NCBI GenBank assembly: GCA_050084515.1
Contig: CM114271.1
Location: forward strand, 4,588,001-4,652,000
Length of the DNA: 64,000 nt
DNA from: Blasia pusilla
Lineage: Eukaryota
Reading direction: 5' to 3'
Position 1 is the first letter of the stretch. The number at the start of each line of letters is the position of its first letter. Of this stretch, positions 13,441 to 27,565 are shown piece after piece. The notes under the pieces are model-generated. The model was not told where the DNA came from. It saw nothing but the letters and a program-made list of their open reading frames with translations, and did no database searches. Made by a program: the position numbers and the translations under genes.

Positions 13441-14129
13441 CACGGAAAAGTTTATTATTATGGGAGAGTGATTTTTAAATTTGCAAACACCTCTGGTTTT
13501 TAACCGGCCCTCAATATAATATTTTCCATTCATTTGAGTAATGACACGTAGCGTTTTGAGGAAGGCCGACACGTGAAGGGGGGGGAGGGGTATTCAAGTG
13601 AAGGGGGAGGGGTATTCAAGTAGTGAAGCTTTAGGGGTAGGGACGAGAGTTCAAGTAATGAACATGTTTGAATTTTATTATTTAAATTCTACTAGAAATA
13701 TTCGAGAAATATTCGTGCCATAAAAACTTTGGATACCACGAAGAGATGGCGATCTTGGGATTTTGAATTGTATGTAGAGCACTTGTTCGAATCCTTCCTT
13801 CCTAGAAGACTTCCTTTACTTATTCCTAAGATATGACGGTCTTTACAAAAACAATTGTCTTATACAAGAAAAATTTCAGGTCCCAAAGTATTCTAACCGG
13901 AATCTAAAAGCCCCTATAAAGGGGAAGCAGAGACTTTTGAGAAAAGTAGGGGTGCGTGGGGATCTTGTACTACGTAGATGTAGGGTTGTGTAGAAATATC
14001 TAAACGTGGATCTTTGCTCGTCAATGTTAGGACATCGTCTCGAACACATACAAATTGCTACATAACATACATGGTTATGATTGAACAAACACACATAACA
14101 CTACACTAACTCTTTCACCCACCAAATCC

Positions 14130-14680
14130 AAATTTGAAGGCGGGTCAATAACGTAAGCAACTTTACAATTGTGCTAAATCCCTTGACGTATCACCTACAG
14201 AAGTTCGTCAATCCCATGAATGCATGAACCCAACTCACATCTATAGGGCATGGAACGCGTGAAATATACTCTATCTTTGTATGTTGAACATCCAATCCCC
14301 ATGGATATATACAGTGACCCAAATAGTCAATTTGGTCATAGAAGAACTTGCAATTTCTTGGATGTAGCACCATTGCTTCAGGGTATGTAACTGCAATAAT
14401 CAAACCATCTTCGCAAGATGTCACTCATGTTCTTCAACCATGGTACTTATGACAATGATGTCATCAATGTAACATCGAGCAAACTCCAAGCTTGCCAAGA
14501 TTCTATCCATGGCCCACTAAAACTTTTCCAAGTCGTTCTTCAACCAAAATGGTAAGAATCACCATTGATACAAAGGATCCTTCCCATGAGGATCAATGCC
14601 CCAAAATGTACTCTTTTGTTTTTCCTCCACTTTGATAGGCAATTGGTTATATCACACTCGCAAATCTAATGAATCAAAGA
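14130..14680 (-). mobile_element. degenerate Ty3/Gypsy reverse transcriptase fragment
   Basis: CKFFYDQIDYLGH and AFMGLTNFCR motifs plus a Y(I)DD-like region; truncated by the LTR starting at 14681. Confidence 0.85.
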
Positions 14681-17600
14681 TGTCACGTCTTTTAGGATAG
14701 ATCGGTGAGATCTAGTAGAGCGCCTTTGCGAGTAGTGGAGGACAGGCTTAGGAGGTCTAGGATGACCCGCTAAGGCTCCTTGAAACCTAAAGAGCATTCT
14801 CTTAGGTTTCCCCTCTGTTTCGGCTCATTTGGAGCCATATTGAGCAACTTATTATTTTAGGTAAGTACCATTTTGAGTAAATGGTCGATTTCTAATTTTG
14901 GAATTATCCCTTGACCTCCTACATTAGGTCAATAGCCAAGGAGGTGACTTGGGACCATAGGTTACCATGGAGAGGGTAGGGATATACTTCAAGGAGAGAG
15001 AGCTTGAGAGCTCATTCTCTCTTTGTTGAACCTCTTGGCACGAGGCGGCGGATCTATGGTCCCTTGCCTTGTAAGTGTAACCCAAGTCTCTCATTTGGAG
15101 AGTGGGTTTGGTTTGACATTGAGAGAGACATGTGAGAGTGCACACATTTGAGAGCTATGGTGTTGAGAGAGATTGGATCTTATTTTTACAAAGAGAGAAT
15201 GAAAGAATGAGAGAATAAGGATTTGAGAGCTACGATGGAGGAGCTTGCTGGTGTTCGCTATTTCTTGCAGGTTGGGGGACCGTGTTCCCCGCTTCATGGC
15301 TCACGAGATTGTTCATGGGACCAGGAGCCATTCGTTTCATGTCATTTATTGCTGATTTTTTGTTCATGAGAGTGGCGCGCCAAAGCGCTGCCCAAATTTT
15401 GGTAGAGATTGATTATGGGGGCGGGTTGCTCCATGTTGGTGCTCTCAAAAGCTCCATGTAGCTCTCTAATTTGTTCTTTTTTTCAGGTTTTCAATTTTTG
15501 TTGGAAGAAATCAGCGCGGAAGCGCTGCCAAAATTTATGTAGGAGAAGAGACGTTGGGATTTACGACTCTCCCTGTCAATTTTTATTGGAAGGTTTGATT
15601 CAAAATATTTTTTGATGTTGTCATAGATCATGAAGTTGTGCACGCTATGCAATAGACATTGCGTGATTTGGAGTTGTGAGCAAAAAGTTATGGTCAATCT
15701 TGCAAAATTGCCATTGCTAGGCGATTTTTAGGGTAAAATTGTTAAAACCCTAAACCAGCCACCGCACCGGCGGCGGCCGTCACCGTCATAGTCACCATCA
15801 ATGTTCAACTGTCACCATTGATGGTCAACCATCACCATCAATGGTCCACCATTGCTGTCAGTGATCCACTATCGATCGTTGACCATCGGCCGTCGCCGCC
15901 GCCGCCTAGCGCTGCTCAGAGCCGCGTTCAGCATTTGCTACCGTTCGTTGCCATTGACACCATTGCAGAATTGATGGTCTTCCGCGATGACCATTGATCC
16001 TTTGATATGCACCGCCACCACGTACTTTGTTGTGAACGCCACCGTCATCGCACTTTCACCAATGATGGCAAGTGACCTCGGGTTATGGTGTTTGAGATTT
16101 CATTTCATTTTGCTATGTTGTGATTGGTAACCGCTCGACAACGATCGAGTATCGTGCCGTGACGCCCATAGCCGCAACGCGCCGCCAACTTCCGCGTCGT
16201 GCCGCTCGTGGCCGTACCGCACCGTCTCGATCGCGGAGCCGCTCCTTCACTAAGGAGCAAAGTGTGTGTATTTCTGATTAAGGAGGGTATGATGCAGAGT
16301 GCCACATCCCATTATTGAGTGCCATGCCATTTTGAAGCCGTTCCGTGCTGCACCGTACCGCTGGATCTGCACCGCATAGTGAGAAGGTTTGAGCAGCGTC
16401 AATACTAGAGGAGTACGACTTGTTGACTGGAGGAGTTATCTTCTCGACCGAGTTGGGGTCAAGATTTGCAATTGCCAAGGAGCGACATCAACATTTTTTT
16501 AGGTTATCCATTCTGTTTTGTTTACCCTACACGTGTGAGGGAATTTAGGGTATTGGGCAGCTATTTGGGGATATTGGGTTTCGTACAGATGGTGAGAGCA
16601 TTATTGATGTATGGGATGTCTAGAGTTTAGGGTATGTCCTGTTGATGAGATGATAGGACGGTAGCTGATTGCCACACCACGCCGCTTGTTTCCGCACATC
16701 ACACGTCTCACTAAGAGAGTCTATATTGAGTGTCGCATGTTAGATTGAGTGATTGATTGATTATGCGTGAGGTTGAGAGTGATCGCGAGAGAGGGGTATG
16801 AGGGTCATCACGGCGTCCTTTTGGGACTTTGAGAAGCGAGGTGGTGGACCTGAGAGTAGCTCTAGAGGGTTTACCCAGAGTGGTGCAAGGTTTCGAGGAT
16901 CTCCACGTGAGAGACCACCTCGATCTTCTTCTATGTTGTCTTCACACAAGGGAGAGAGTGTAGAGGAGTATGTTAGTGATTTGCAACACACACTGAGTGG
17001 TCCTACCAATTGGGCATACGACATAGACGACCGGGGTAGAGGACCACGTAGATTTTTGGGTATTATAGGCACCATAGAGTTCCACAACTTCATTGCGGAG
17101 TTTAGGAGTTGGTGTAACTCACAACAGGCTAGGAACTCCAGAAAATTCAACCCGTTTACAACATGGAACGGAATGTTCCAGCACCTATAGGGAATCAATG
17201 GAAAATTACCATTCTCCCATAGATATGCCCAAGAGAGATTGAGGCATGACGACTCTACTATGATCCACACTATGTGTCATGGACGGAGCCGTTCCCAAAT
17301 GAGGAGGAGGAATGAGGAGAGGCCACTTCCTCTTCCACTAGTGATGTTTTAGGAGGGGTCACTTACATTGGAGCAGTTGCACCATCCAGCGGGTGCGTCC
17401 CAAGTTCAACCCCGTGGTTGAGTTCTTTGATGAGTTGCGGGCGAGCTACCAAGGGGTACGGACGGAGAGGTTGCAGAGCATCGACGAATTCCAAAGGCGC
17501 CCGGGTGAGATTTTGCGTGAGGCTTACACTCGCTTACGTCGATTGATCAACATCACTCAAGGGATGACAGAGGCTTAGGCTATCTAGTCATGGTACGTGA

Positions 17601-18758
17601 TGTTGGATCGAACCCTGAGGATATGGGTGCGGGAGGGGTGCTTCTTATGAACACCTCCCCTACATTGAGAGATGTTTTTAGGACCACCAAGAACATTGAG
17701 CGCAACATGGCGGAGAAGAGTGTAGCCAAAATGGGTTTTGGGCGAGAGCAGTCACGATTGCCTACACCACCAGTGCAGCAACGTGGATTCCAAGATAGGT
17801 CTGTGGTACCACAAGCTCAAGGAGGATATCAGGACGCCGTGCCACAGAGACCTGCGCCTCAGCAATAGCCGTATGCAATTATTTTTTGGGCATCTGGTGG
17901 AGCACATCACCAGCGTGATTGCACTTGTCAGGGTCATGGATATGTGCCTCAGCCTAGAGGAGGAGATGGTGCTGGACCAGGAGGTTATCAATGTGACTAT
18001 TATTAGAGGTACCGTCATACATGCATCAATTTTTTTAGTTTACACCCAGAGTTACATCCGGATCGAGGGCCAGAGATGGCACCAGAGCGAGTTGCCAGTC
18101 CGGGTGGGCCTAGAGGTTGTGCACCAAGTGGTCCCATTGGGGGACGAGGAGTTGGAGTTGCCCAAGGGGTTGGGGGAGTTTCCCGTGGATGAGGTAGAGT
18201 TCTACCACCTAGACGCGTCGAGGGAGACATCACGCGTGAGGCTAGGATGGCTGCTCAGCTACAACACCTACAACAACAGATTGCCCCTATGGCATTGAGG
18301 TTACTTGATGTCAGATCGGTGGCATCGACGTCTTATGGAGCAGCCAGAGATATGGAGGATCTTGCTTGGATGTGTGGGGTTGCCCAAATGGAGGCCGTTG
18401 TAGTTGTTACGCGTGGAGTAGCGTAGAGTTGGATCCGCATGGAGGGGAAGCCACGAAACAGATTAGGCTTCCTTAGTCTTTCACATTATCTAAGGTGATG
18501 AGGACCCCATCGATGGGTCCTGATCCGAGTTCCCGGAGAGTTGGTAATGTTGTTGGTGTGCAGGCACGAAGGGCAATGGGAGAAGCGAGTGCAATGACTC
18601 CTATTGCTGATCATGCTCAGGAGGAGCATGTGTCGAGCACGTTGTTGGGGGCGGCCACCGTTGTGTACCGCGCTCCTTTATTTTTTGTTTATGATGTTAT
18701 GACGTTGTGAGGTACCCCAGCCAAGGTTTTCCGGCTGGCCGCTACGCTATGTGAGCGT
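14681..18758 (+). mobile_element. Gypsy-type LTR retrotransposon 5' part: LTR (starts TGTCACG) plus decayed gag with degenerate Zn knuckles; interrupted at 18759
   Basis: 14681-~16060 aligns by eye with 51602-~52960; gag fragments at 16798-17870 resemble those at 54577-55450. Confidence 0.8.
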
Positions 18759-21700
18759 CACTAGAAGAAATCCTTGGTTTTATGACTGGGTTATATGACT
18801 CATATAAGTTATATTTTACATTCCACGATTGGAAATGACTGACAACTACTTTAGACACAAAAGCCAAGTCATATTTGTCTGGCGATTAGGCTAACTAGGA
18901 TGGTCGGCTTAGGTGGACACTTGCACATGACTAGAGGGTGTAGTCATGAGGCGATGATAGATGTGTCATTCAATGACGTGTAAGAATGATACGTCAACGT
19001 ATGACATGTACTAATTGGTGTGACATGTCACTGATGACGTGGACTTTGGAAGATAACTCATGTAGGCATATCTAGGGTATCTATCTAGTTACCACTAATG
19101 ACTACAGTAGTCATGTTTAGTCAAGTAAAAGTACACAATATCCAATGACAATGTGACAAGTGTACCCCATGGATGAGGAATCCACTTGGCGGTAATAGTC
19201 ATGTCTCCAAAAATCATTAAATTTTTGGATTCAGTCCTAGTCAAAAACTCATGTAGTAATTTCAATTTTTTTCCAATATTGTAATGTACTCGTGTAGTCA
19301 CGTTTAATCACTCGTCAAGTCGTGACTCATGACTAGAGTAGAAGGCCCTACAACTGGTGTAGACATAACAATACGACTGTGGGAGTTACGGACATGACAG
19401 AATGAGTCCTACATTCATTGCAATACGACTCAATGAGTCGTTTTTATTGACTAGGTAGGAATGAAAGCTCGTTGCACCAATAAAATTGATAGGATTGATA
19501 ATGAATGAAAATTTAATTTTTGGAGTTTTTGATGGGTTTATTAATGCCTTTTGAAAGATCTTTCATTTGTAGTTGGATCTAAATGATTGAAATCCTCATG
19601 TCCATTTCTATTTTGAATTGCATCACTAAAGCATACACCTAAGCATATCGTATAATTTGGAATAAGGGCACACTACCAACAACATAGCAACTCAACTACA
19701 AGGGGATGAAATGAAAAAAGAACAGAATATGAGTGTCTTAAAAGTAAGATCTTACATCAGAATTAGCACGATTTCATGTGATGCATGGCAGACTACCATC
19801 ATCTAAACTCGACCCAATTGCTACTAATTACAAATCGTATCCCAAGACCTACTATTGAGGGGCGTGAAGTTGAAGATTGACACATAATATTTATGTCAAG
19901 ACACAATCCCTAGATATGATCTTCCCGTCACACGAGCTAGAGTGGAACTCCCAACTCAACCGCCACGGCACGATACATTTACCAAACCACATCCTACTCG
20001 CAGGTCATCGCTGATGAGATCAAAGGTTTACACCATTGCCGGAGAAAGTGAAGCTCTCTGGTTAGTGCAAGTTCAAGAGTAGCTCACTTCCTATTCTCCG
20101 TGCATGCCTCCACTCACATGGTTTCAATCATCGTAAAGTAACACCAGTGTTTTGAATCTAATCATGAACTGATATACTTCAGCATATATGTCTCTAAAGC
20201 TATCCCCGCTGCACCCTGGCAAAGAAGAAAGGAATTCCATTGGTGAAATGCCATTACACTTCCAACTAGAGAAGGTAGAATGATGTACTGCTCACGGATG
20301 CACTTAGAAACTGATCATTAAGATCTGAAATTCTTATTCATAGAGTATTCTCCACACGGCTTGAGATAAGCAGAGCTATCCCCCCATTGCTTACAAACAC
20401 CGCAACATTCACCGAATTTGCACACATACCAAAGCTCTTCATGTCACTAAATAGAATTTGTTTGAAAATGAAAGCACTCTTACTAACAATAACGTCTCAA
20501 GTATTAATACGATGGAGAATATGATGATGGTCATAGAGGTGGATATCAAACCCAATCAGTGATAGATCAAAATGAGTTGGTAGTCTTCACTCACCAGGGT
20601 AACAGTTGGAGATTCTACCTTCAGCAAATTCCACTAATTTCTCACTCAATGCGTTTATTAGTAAATTTTTTGCGGCTTAGATTTTCATTCTACCTAAAAT
20701 TGATTTCCTCTGTGGCGGCATGCGGAAGAACAAAAAGTGACGCAGGGATACAAAAAGCAAAATTTAGTGAAAATTATTTAAATTTTACACGTGCCATGCC
20801 ACGCGTTAAAAACTTTGAGATGCAAAAAAACACGTGTCAAGCATAGAAGGTCTCGCCAATCCACAAACCCTCCTCCAATAATAGTATAGATGGAATGAAA
20901 GACGAGAATACTTAAAATACAACCCATTGGGAATACAAACCAATGAGAGCGGGGTAGAAATCAATTATGACATGTGGAGAGAAAAAAGAAGTGCTTGTAG
21001 AGGCTATAAAGAGGGGACTGAAAGAGTTCACAATGTGCCTGGAAAAAAGAGGCAACCCCCTATCTACTAAAACTATTTACTGCTAAACATATTAATTGCG
21101 TAAAGAAAACCATGACTACAGCTAAAAGCGCCTCTAGCACCAATGTCTCCTCGAATGTCTCCCAGCACATGAGCCCACCTCAGCAACCTATTGTCTTGGG
21201 CACGCTGCAAAGTTGTGGAGTCTTTTGGCTAATCTATAGAGTCACAAAAATTTAAAGACAATCCATTTATCCACTAGAGATGATGAGTGCAATCTGTAAG
21301 GAATGAATCAAACCTCTCGCCCATAACCCCATACATCTATATAACTAGATGAATAAATTGAATTTTGTTATGAAGTTAAATGTATATATGGCTCTTCTTC
21401 ACCAAAGTCTCTCCTTGTAGCAATCTCCCTTGTGCCACCATATGGGCTCGCACAAACTTGTTTGATAGAATGAACAACAAGTGTGCAGCTAATAGCATAA
21501 AGAAAGTAATTGTAAATAATTGGATTCTCAACATCCACTCCTCTGAGCACCATTGATTTGATCGGCCCCCTTGTATGAGGAGAAGCCTAGATCGATGGTT
21601 CCAACTTAGACGTCGAAGGAGTCATAGTAATATGACGTAGGTGGTTTACGGAGTAGCGTTACTAGGTTTATCTAACCCTATATTGCATCAGGGTGCGGGG

Positions 21701-23466
21701 CGCGGGGGTCCGGGGGCGCAGCCCCTGGTATGCCAAGACGACGCGGGGATCCGGGGGCGCAGCCCTTGGCAAAAATTTTCTATTAATAGAAACAAAGAAA
21801 AATAGGTAAAAACCCTAGTTTATCCGAGTAGTCAAATAGTCGGGAGCCGCAGCGGTAACGCATTCTCGTATGTCAAGTTATCTCCCAGTTCAGGTTCCAT
21901 CGAAGCTCTTCTGTGAGCGCACGGACGGACTAGGCCACTTTGTATCTCTAAGTTTTGTAAAGATTTCAGTGATTTAGTCACTTTCTTCTTTTCTCACATA
22001 GATGAAGTAAATGGAGAGTCTAGTTGGTTGATGCAAATTTATGAGTGAGAAAATATATAGCTAATGGCAAGTTAGATGGGAATTATTGCCACTCAATCAT
22101 GAGCACCAACTGGACTACATGATTATTGATCCATACTATGTTGGGGACCAATACTCACGTTCTCGAAAATTCTCGGTTTTTAAGTGACCAATATATTTTT
22201 TTGTTGCTCCCAATACCATGTGTCAATCAAGACGTTATCCTCCCTTACTAGTATAGATTTGGATTCTCTTGTTGCTCCATCCCATGACATGGTGCTTGAG
22301 ATCATGTCATATCTATCTTTTAAATTTTGGTCCCTTCATCTCAAGAGATGTTATCTCCCAATCAAACCAACCCTATCCTCAACGAGAGAGATTGAAGGTA
22401 TGATGCATATCATCATCACCTTGCCCTAGCTTTGTGGAAGCCTTAGTTATGGAAAGATTAGCAGCTCCAAACCTCCTCTCTAACCACAACTCAATATGTG
22501 ATTCACGCATCAATGTCCAATGTTGGTATTTGTGATTTACTACTTAATTTGACTTGGCTTGGTGTCAAAACACCAAAGCCAACCTCTTAATCTATTCAAT
22601 GCCCTTGGTTCATTCCCATGGCTTCCAAAATGGGGTGATCAACAAGCATGACTACTTCCATTGGCGACACTTCTTCAACTTTATGGGGGGCGAGCATTGA
22701 TTTGCCAAGCCAAGCCTATGCTCTAGAGTGAAACGGGATAGAGTTACCACATGCTCTAGGAGGGGAAACGTTGACACCCTTGGACAACACACCAATTATA
22801 CGGCAATATTTGATTAGATTAGATCTCATTAGAGGGATTAGTTTTCCTTTGGCTACAATATTGCAAGTCGGATTATGTGAATAACATAATTTGTATGTTG
22901 AGAGGGATGAGACTGCACATAAAGTCTTATTACATCATGTGTCAATGAGACATCTATGTGTAGTCAAGACTAGAGTAAGATCCTCATTTATTGCCATTGC
23001 AAGTTGTCAAGGGATATCGGCATATATTTTTTCTGGTCAAAATTTCATTGTTGGGGGTGCAGGACCTAGATAGGGTTGGTCTAATATATTTGGTAGTGGA
23101 AGGCTGGCCATGTCAAGGTCATTCTTCAATAGGTCGGGGGCTTGGTTTGCAACAACCGAGGTTGACTATGTTCTAGCCTATATTTTTGGAGAACGTCCCA
23201 TTCTAAGGTAACACTCGAGCCCGAGTTATGGTGATAGTGCATGAGGTACGGTCATGGATAGGATTAACGGTGATGTTGGAAGTGACGAGTGTTGGATCCC
23301 ATGCACACCATCCAAAATTGTAGTGGATGAACCTTCTACCATCCAAGTTGTTGAGACGAGGTTATGATGGATTTCAAATATCATCGTCACTTACAATGAA
23401 TGCGATAACGGAACAAAACTCTGCATAGGAGAATAAGAGTGTCACACCTTCCGAAAGTACTCCTAG

Positions 23467-23612
<146 letters not shown>

Positions 23613-23619
23613 CTTCAAA

Positions 23620-24638
23620 ACACACAAGGTGAGAGCATATGCTCATATTGCTAACTTGGTAACACCAAAATTGTTCAACACATTCAGTAGCCTTGATTCA
23701 TTGCCGAAAGGTGAGGCACTGGTATGTAATGTCTATTGGGGATCCCAATCAAGTAAAGTAGATAGTGTTGGTTGACACTTGGAAGCTCCGCACCAACACA
23801 TTGGCAGGTCAACACTCACACTATATGAGAGTGTCTCCCTCCTCTCATATGGTACCTTCTTCACTTGTTCCTCTCTCTATACCTATCCCAATCTCAAGCA
23901 CCGTCCAATCAGGGCATGAGGTCTATGGTTGCAAGGCTACGACAAGCACTACTTAATGACAACAGTCTCTCTGACCGCATACCATAACAAAAACAATGGG
24001 CAAATACTCACAAAAAACGAGCAGGGAAGAAGCCACAAAAATGTGTGACCTCTCTCTCTTGACGTTGTATATCTTGAGAAGGCAGAACTGAAAAACTATT
24101 TGCGAGGAACCCCTTGCTTGAGAACCCAACTCAAGTTCAAGTTTAGAACGGGGGAAATCCCCTTGAACCATGAGAAAAGCAACATGGGAACACAACTAAA
24201 ATCTTGCGCCTTGTGTGATGATGGGGATGAAACCTCTAGTCATTACTTGGTCTCCTACACAAAATTCACAATACAAAGAGGAAGAGCATATGTTGATATT
24301 GCTAACCTGGTAAGACCAGAATTGTTCAACACATTCAATAGCCTTGATTTATTGCCCAAAGCTGATGCATTGGTGAGTAATGTCTATTTGGGATCCCAAT
24401 CACGTAAAGTAGATGGTGTGGTGAAGAGTTTCTTGGTTGACACTTGGAAGCTCCGCACCAACACGTTGTTTTGTCACCACTTACACTGTATGAGAGTGTC
24501 TCCTCCTCTCATATGGTAACTTCTTCACTTGCTCCCCTTACACCCATCCTAGTCCCAAGCACTGTCCAACCAGGGCGCCGGGTCTATGGTTGCAAGGCTA
24601 CGACATGCAATACTTAATGAGTACAGTCTCTCTCTCTC
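23620..24638 (+). mobile_element. two tandem 5'-truncated LINE 3' ends (~23620-23972 and ~24090-24638)
   Basis: About 330 bp shared between the copies; second copy encodes KFRTG..CALC..ETSSHYL (decayed LINE C-terminal CCHC region); both end in ggtctatggttgcaaggctacgac..tctctct. Confidence 0.65.
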
Positions 24639-24640
24639 AG

Positions 24641-26270
24641 GTTGAAACCTCCTCCCACTATTGTTCAAGAGAAAGAAGAATTGGGTTTAGGATTGGAGAC
24701 CTTCAGAGCACAATATGAACAAGAACTTCAAAAGTTTGTTAATGAGAGAGCACAACTCATTTCTAACATCAATGGGCTAGAGTCTAGCCTAGCTAGTCAG
24801 AAGGAGGACAAGGAAAGATTGATAAAAAGTTTTGAGGAGCTCAGTAAAAATTACAGCACTTGGTTTCACAAGCAGATAAATCTACCATGAGAATGAACAA
24901 ATTACATGAGATTGCATCACTATGCAATAATATAGCCAAATTAGAGGAGGCCATGCAAGTGGTAGTCACTGCTAGGCAGCAATTTAAGTCACATGTAGAG
25001 GGAGTGGTAGCGATTCTGCAAGAAACTATCCAAGAACGTGGAATTGATAGATCTACAAGTGGAGCAGAAGGTTGGTCAGCCAATTCAATACGTAGTAGTC
25101 AACTTGAGGCCTTGAGTCATGTTTTTGTCAAAAAGTACAAGACAGTTGTTCAGGAAGTTGAGAGACTCTCAAAACAAGTGGTGTTGATCTCCCATATGGA
25201 GCACAACTCCAAGGAAATGGGATCAACTGACAAAGAAATTTTGCATGAGTTGTAAAAATTCTTGAATCAAAGGATCTAGAATTGAGTGAAATGGGGAAGA
25301 GAATGGAAGAGGCTGTTGCAAACATGGCTGAGCAAGAAGATGTTGTGCAAGGCCTTTTTCAACAAGTGCACAAGCTCAGAGCCCAGATTGCAAAAGTTAC
25401 AGGGCAGAGAGACGCCTTGCAAGTAAAACTTGAACTCTCAGAGCAAGAGTCATACTGATCAAGAGCAGCTAGTTGCAAAGTACAAAGAAGAAATAGAAAC
25501 CAAGGACTTTACTCTTGAAAGTACCAAGAATGAACTGCTCTTGTGATTAGAACAAGTTATGGCTTTGGAACTTGAGCTCTCTTCTTTGAAGAAACTTACC
25601 TCAATCCTTGACTCAAACTGCAAGACAAAAGTAACATTTTGCAAGAGCTAGAGAGAGTGCTTATTATCAGCAACACCCCAATTGATTGGCAATCAAGGGA
25701 TCTATTGGAGAAAGTTGAGTGGTTGGTTTCAGCACTAGTTGATGTCCAAAATAAGGCAATCCTAGTTGGTCAAGATTCCAAAGTCGTGATGGCCACTTCC
25801 ATGCAGCTTAGTACGGAGTTGAGGAATGCCCAAAGTAGGATAGGGGTTGAGGAGGAATTGCACTCAATCTTGGCATTAAAGTTGGAGAAGACATAGAATG
25901 AGTTGCAATGGTGTCAGTTGTACATAGTGCAATTGGAATCTCAACTGATTGGTCTTAGAGGGGCTCATTTACAGGTTGAGATTCTATCTGAGAAAATCCT
26001 GAATCTAGAAGCACTCTTGCACCTAAAGCAAGAAGAAGTTGGGAAAGCTGAAAATGTTGTTTTTGCTTGGGCAGAACGTTCTGAAGTGACTGAAGCTTAC
26101 CTACAGTCAAGTCAGGTGAGAATATCAGAAGTGGAAGCCCAATTGGAATCTATGGCTAGGTTCCAATTATAAGCAACAAAGTTGTAAGAGCACGTTGCAA
26201 ATCTTGAGGAAGTCATTTAGCAAAAGAAATCTTCTTTGAAGGCAGCATAACTTTCACGTTGTAAGATAAA
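24641..26270 (+). pseudogene. decayed coiled-coil host gene fragment, TNO1-like (TGN-localized SYP41-interacting protein 1)
   Basis: Heptad-rich frames broken by stops and frameshifts. Motifs VTGQRDALQVKLELSEQ and LQELERVL..PIDWQSRDLLEKVEWL recall TNO1 (from memory, not searched). Confidence 0.55.
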
Positions 26271-26449
26271 CTAACCTGTAAGCGCATTCGTCATGCCAAA
26301 AACCCGCAGCCATGGCTAGAGCTTGACCCTAAATCCTTGATCTTGATACTCTTCAATGTAATGTTGCGGTGTGCTCCACATTCGCACCCTTATCTCAACC
26401 TCAACACTCTCTCTTCGGATCTGCCTCAACAATCTTTGTCTTCCTCGGG

Positions 26450-26820
26450 CATTAGCGCTCTCTATGCCTCGAGCTAACTCGCCCACTTTCTCCTCCTTGG
26501 GCTCACTCGATCATACTCTCTTGCATTAGCTCTCACTCTTCCTCAAGTTTACTCACACTAGCTAGCTCTCCCGCGTTTGCTCTCTTTGCCTTCGGCTCTA
26601 CAGATAAGCTCGATCCCGCCCTCGTCATTAGCTCTCTATGCTTCAAGGTAACTCGCGCACTCTCGCGTTAGGTCTCTCTCCTCCTCCGGCTTACTCAATC
26701 AAGCTCTCATGCGTTAGCTCTCACTGTGCCTTAGGCTCACTCACGCTAGCTCTCACGCGTTTTCTCTCTTTGCCTTTGACTCTACAGATGAGCTTGAGCC
26801 CGCCCTTGTCATTTTCTGCG
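26450..26820. repeat. ~180-bp diverged tandem duplication built of ttagctctc subrepeats
   Basis: ..tctctttgcc..ctctacagat..cccgccct.gtcatt occurs near 26580-26630 and near 26765-26812. Confidence 0.7.
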
Positions 26821-27565
26821 CTCTGATTCTTCCTTAGGTATCGGTCGTATTTGTTAAGAAAGCCTTCTTGTGAGTCACACTACTCTTGCCTCCTATACCT
26901 AAGATCCATCGCTCTTCATAAGGTAAGTGTTTCTCGGACTTTTTCCCAACCCATCTACAAGCTATTTTTTTTTGTGAATGATGTTTTATTCCATCAAGGT
27001 GGGAGTATAATTTCATTTGGTTCAAAATATAAGTAAAGCTGAGATCATTATTCTATTGAAATTTTTATTATTAATAATAACATAAAATCTATAGCATTTT
27101 AATTTATGATTAATTTATAAATATACTTCATTTGATTCAAAATGACTCAATATTTTTTGAGATATTTCACGATATAACTAAGAAAAAATCCAAAGTTATT
27201 CAATGACTCACTCATATTCCTATAAGACTGAAATATTACATGTTAGAGTTTTTGAAAGACTCAATTCTTAGCAAGTCATTTGGGGACATGATAGAGCGAT
27301 ATCCCAAAATTCTACAATGACTTAGTCAAATTTTTATATGACTAAGATGTTAGTATTTGATGGAAAGATATAACTAAGGGACATTCTAGTCATATGTTTG
27401 AGTCGTGAAAAACATCATTCATTTTTTTATATGACTAAAATTTTAGTATTTGATGGAGAGATATGACTACCATATGACTGAGGGACATTCTAGTCATACG
27501 TTCAAGTCATGAAAGACATCAGTCATTTTTGTTTTAGTCATAAAAGCCATGCTTTTCTTCTAGTG

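Noticed and set aside
20850-21820. Helitron-like 5' motifs (minus-strand tctatactat, plus-strand tctactaaaac) and duplicated ccgggggcgcagccc hairpins
   Set aside because: Probably small non-autonomous elements, but paired termini could not be defined
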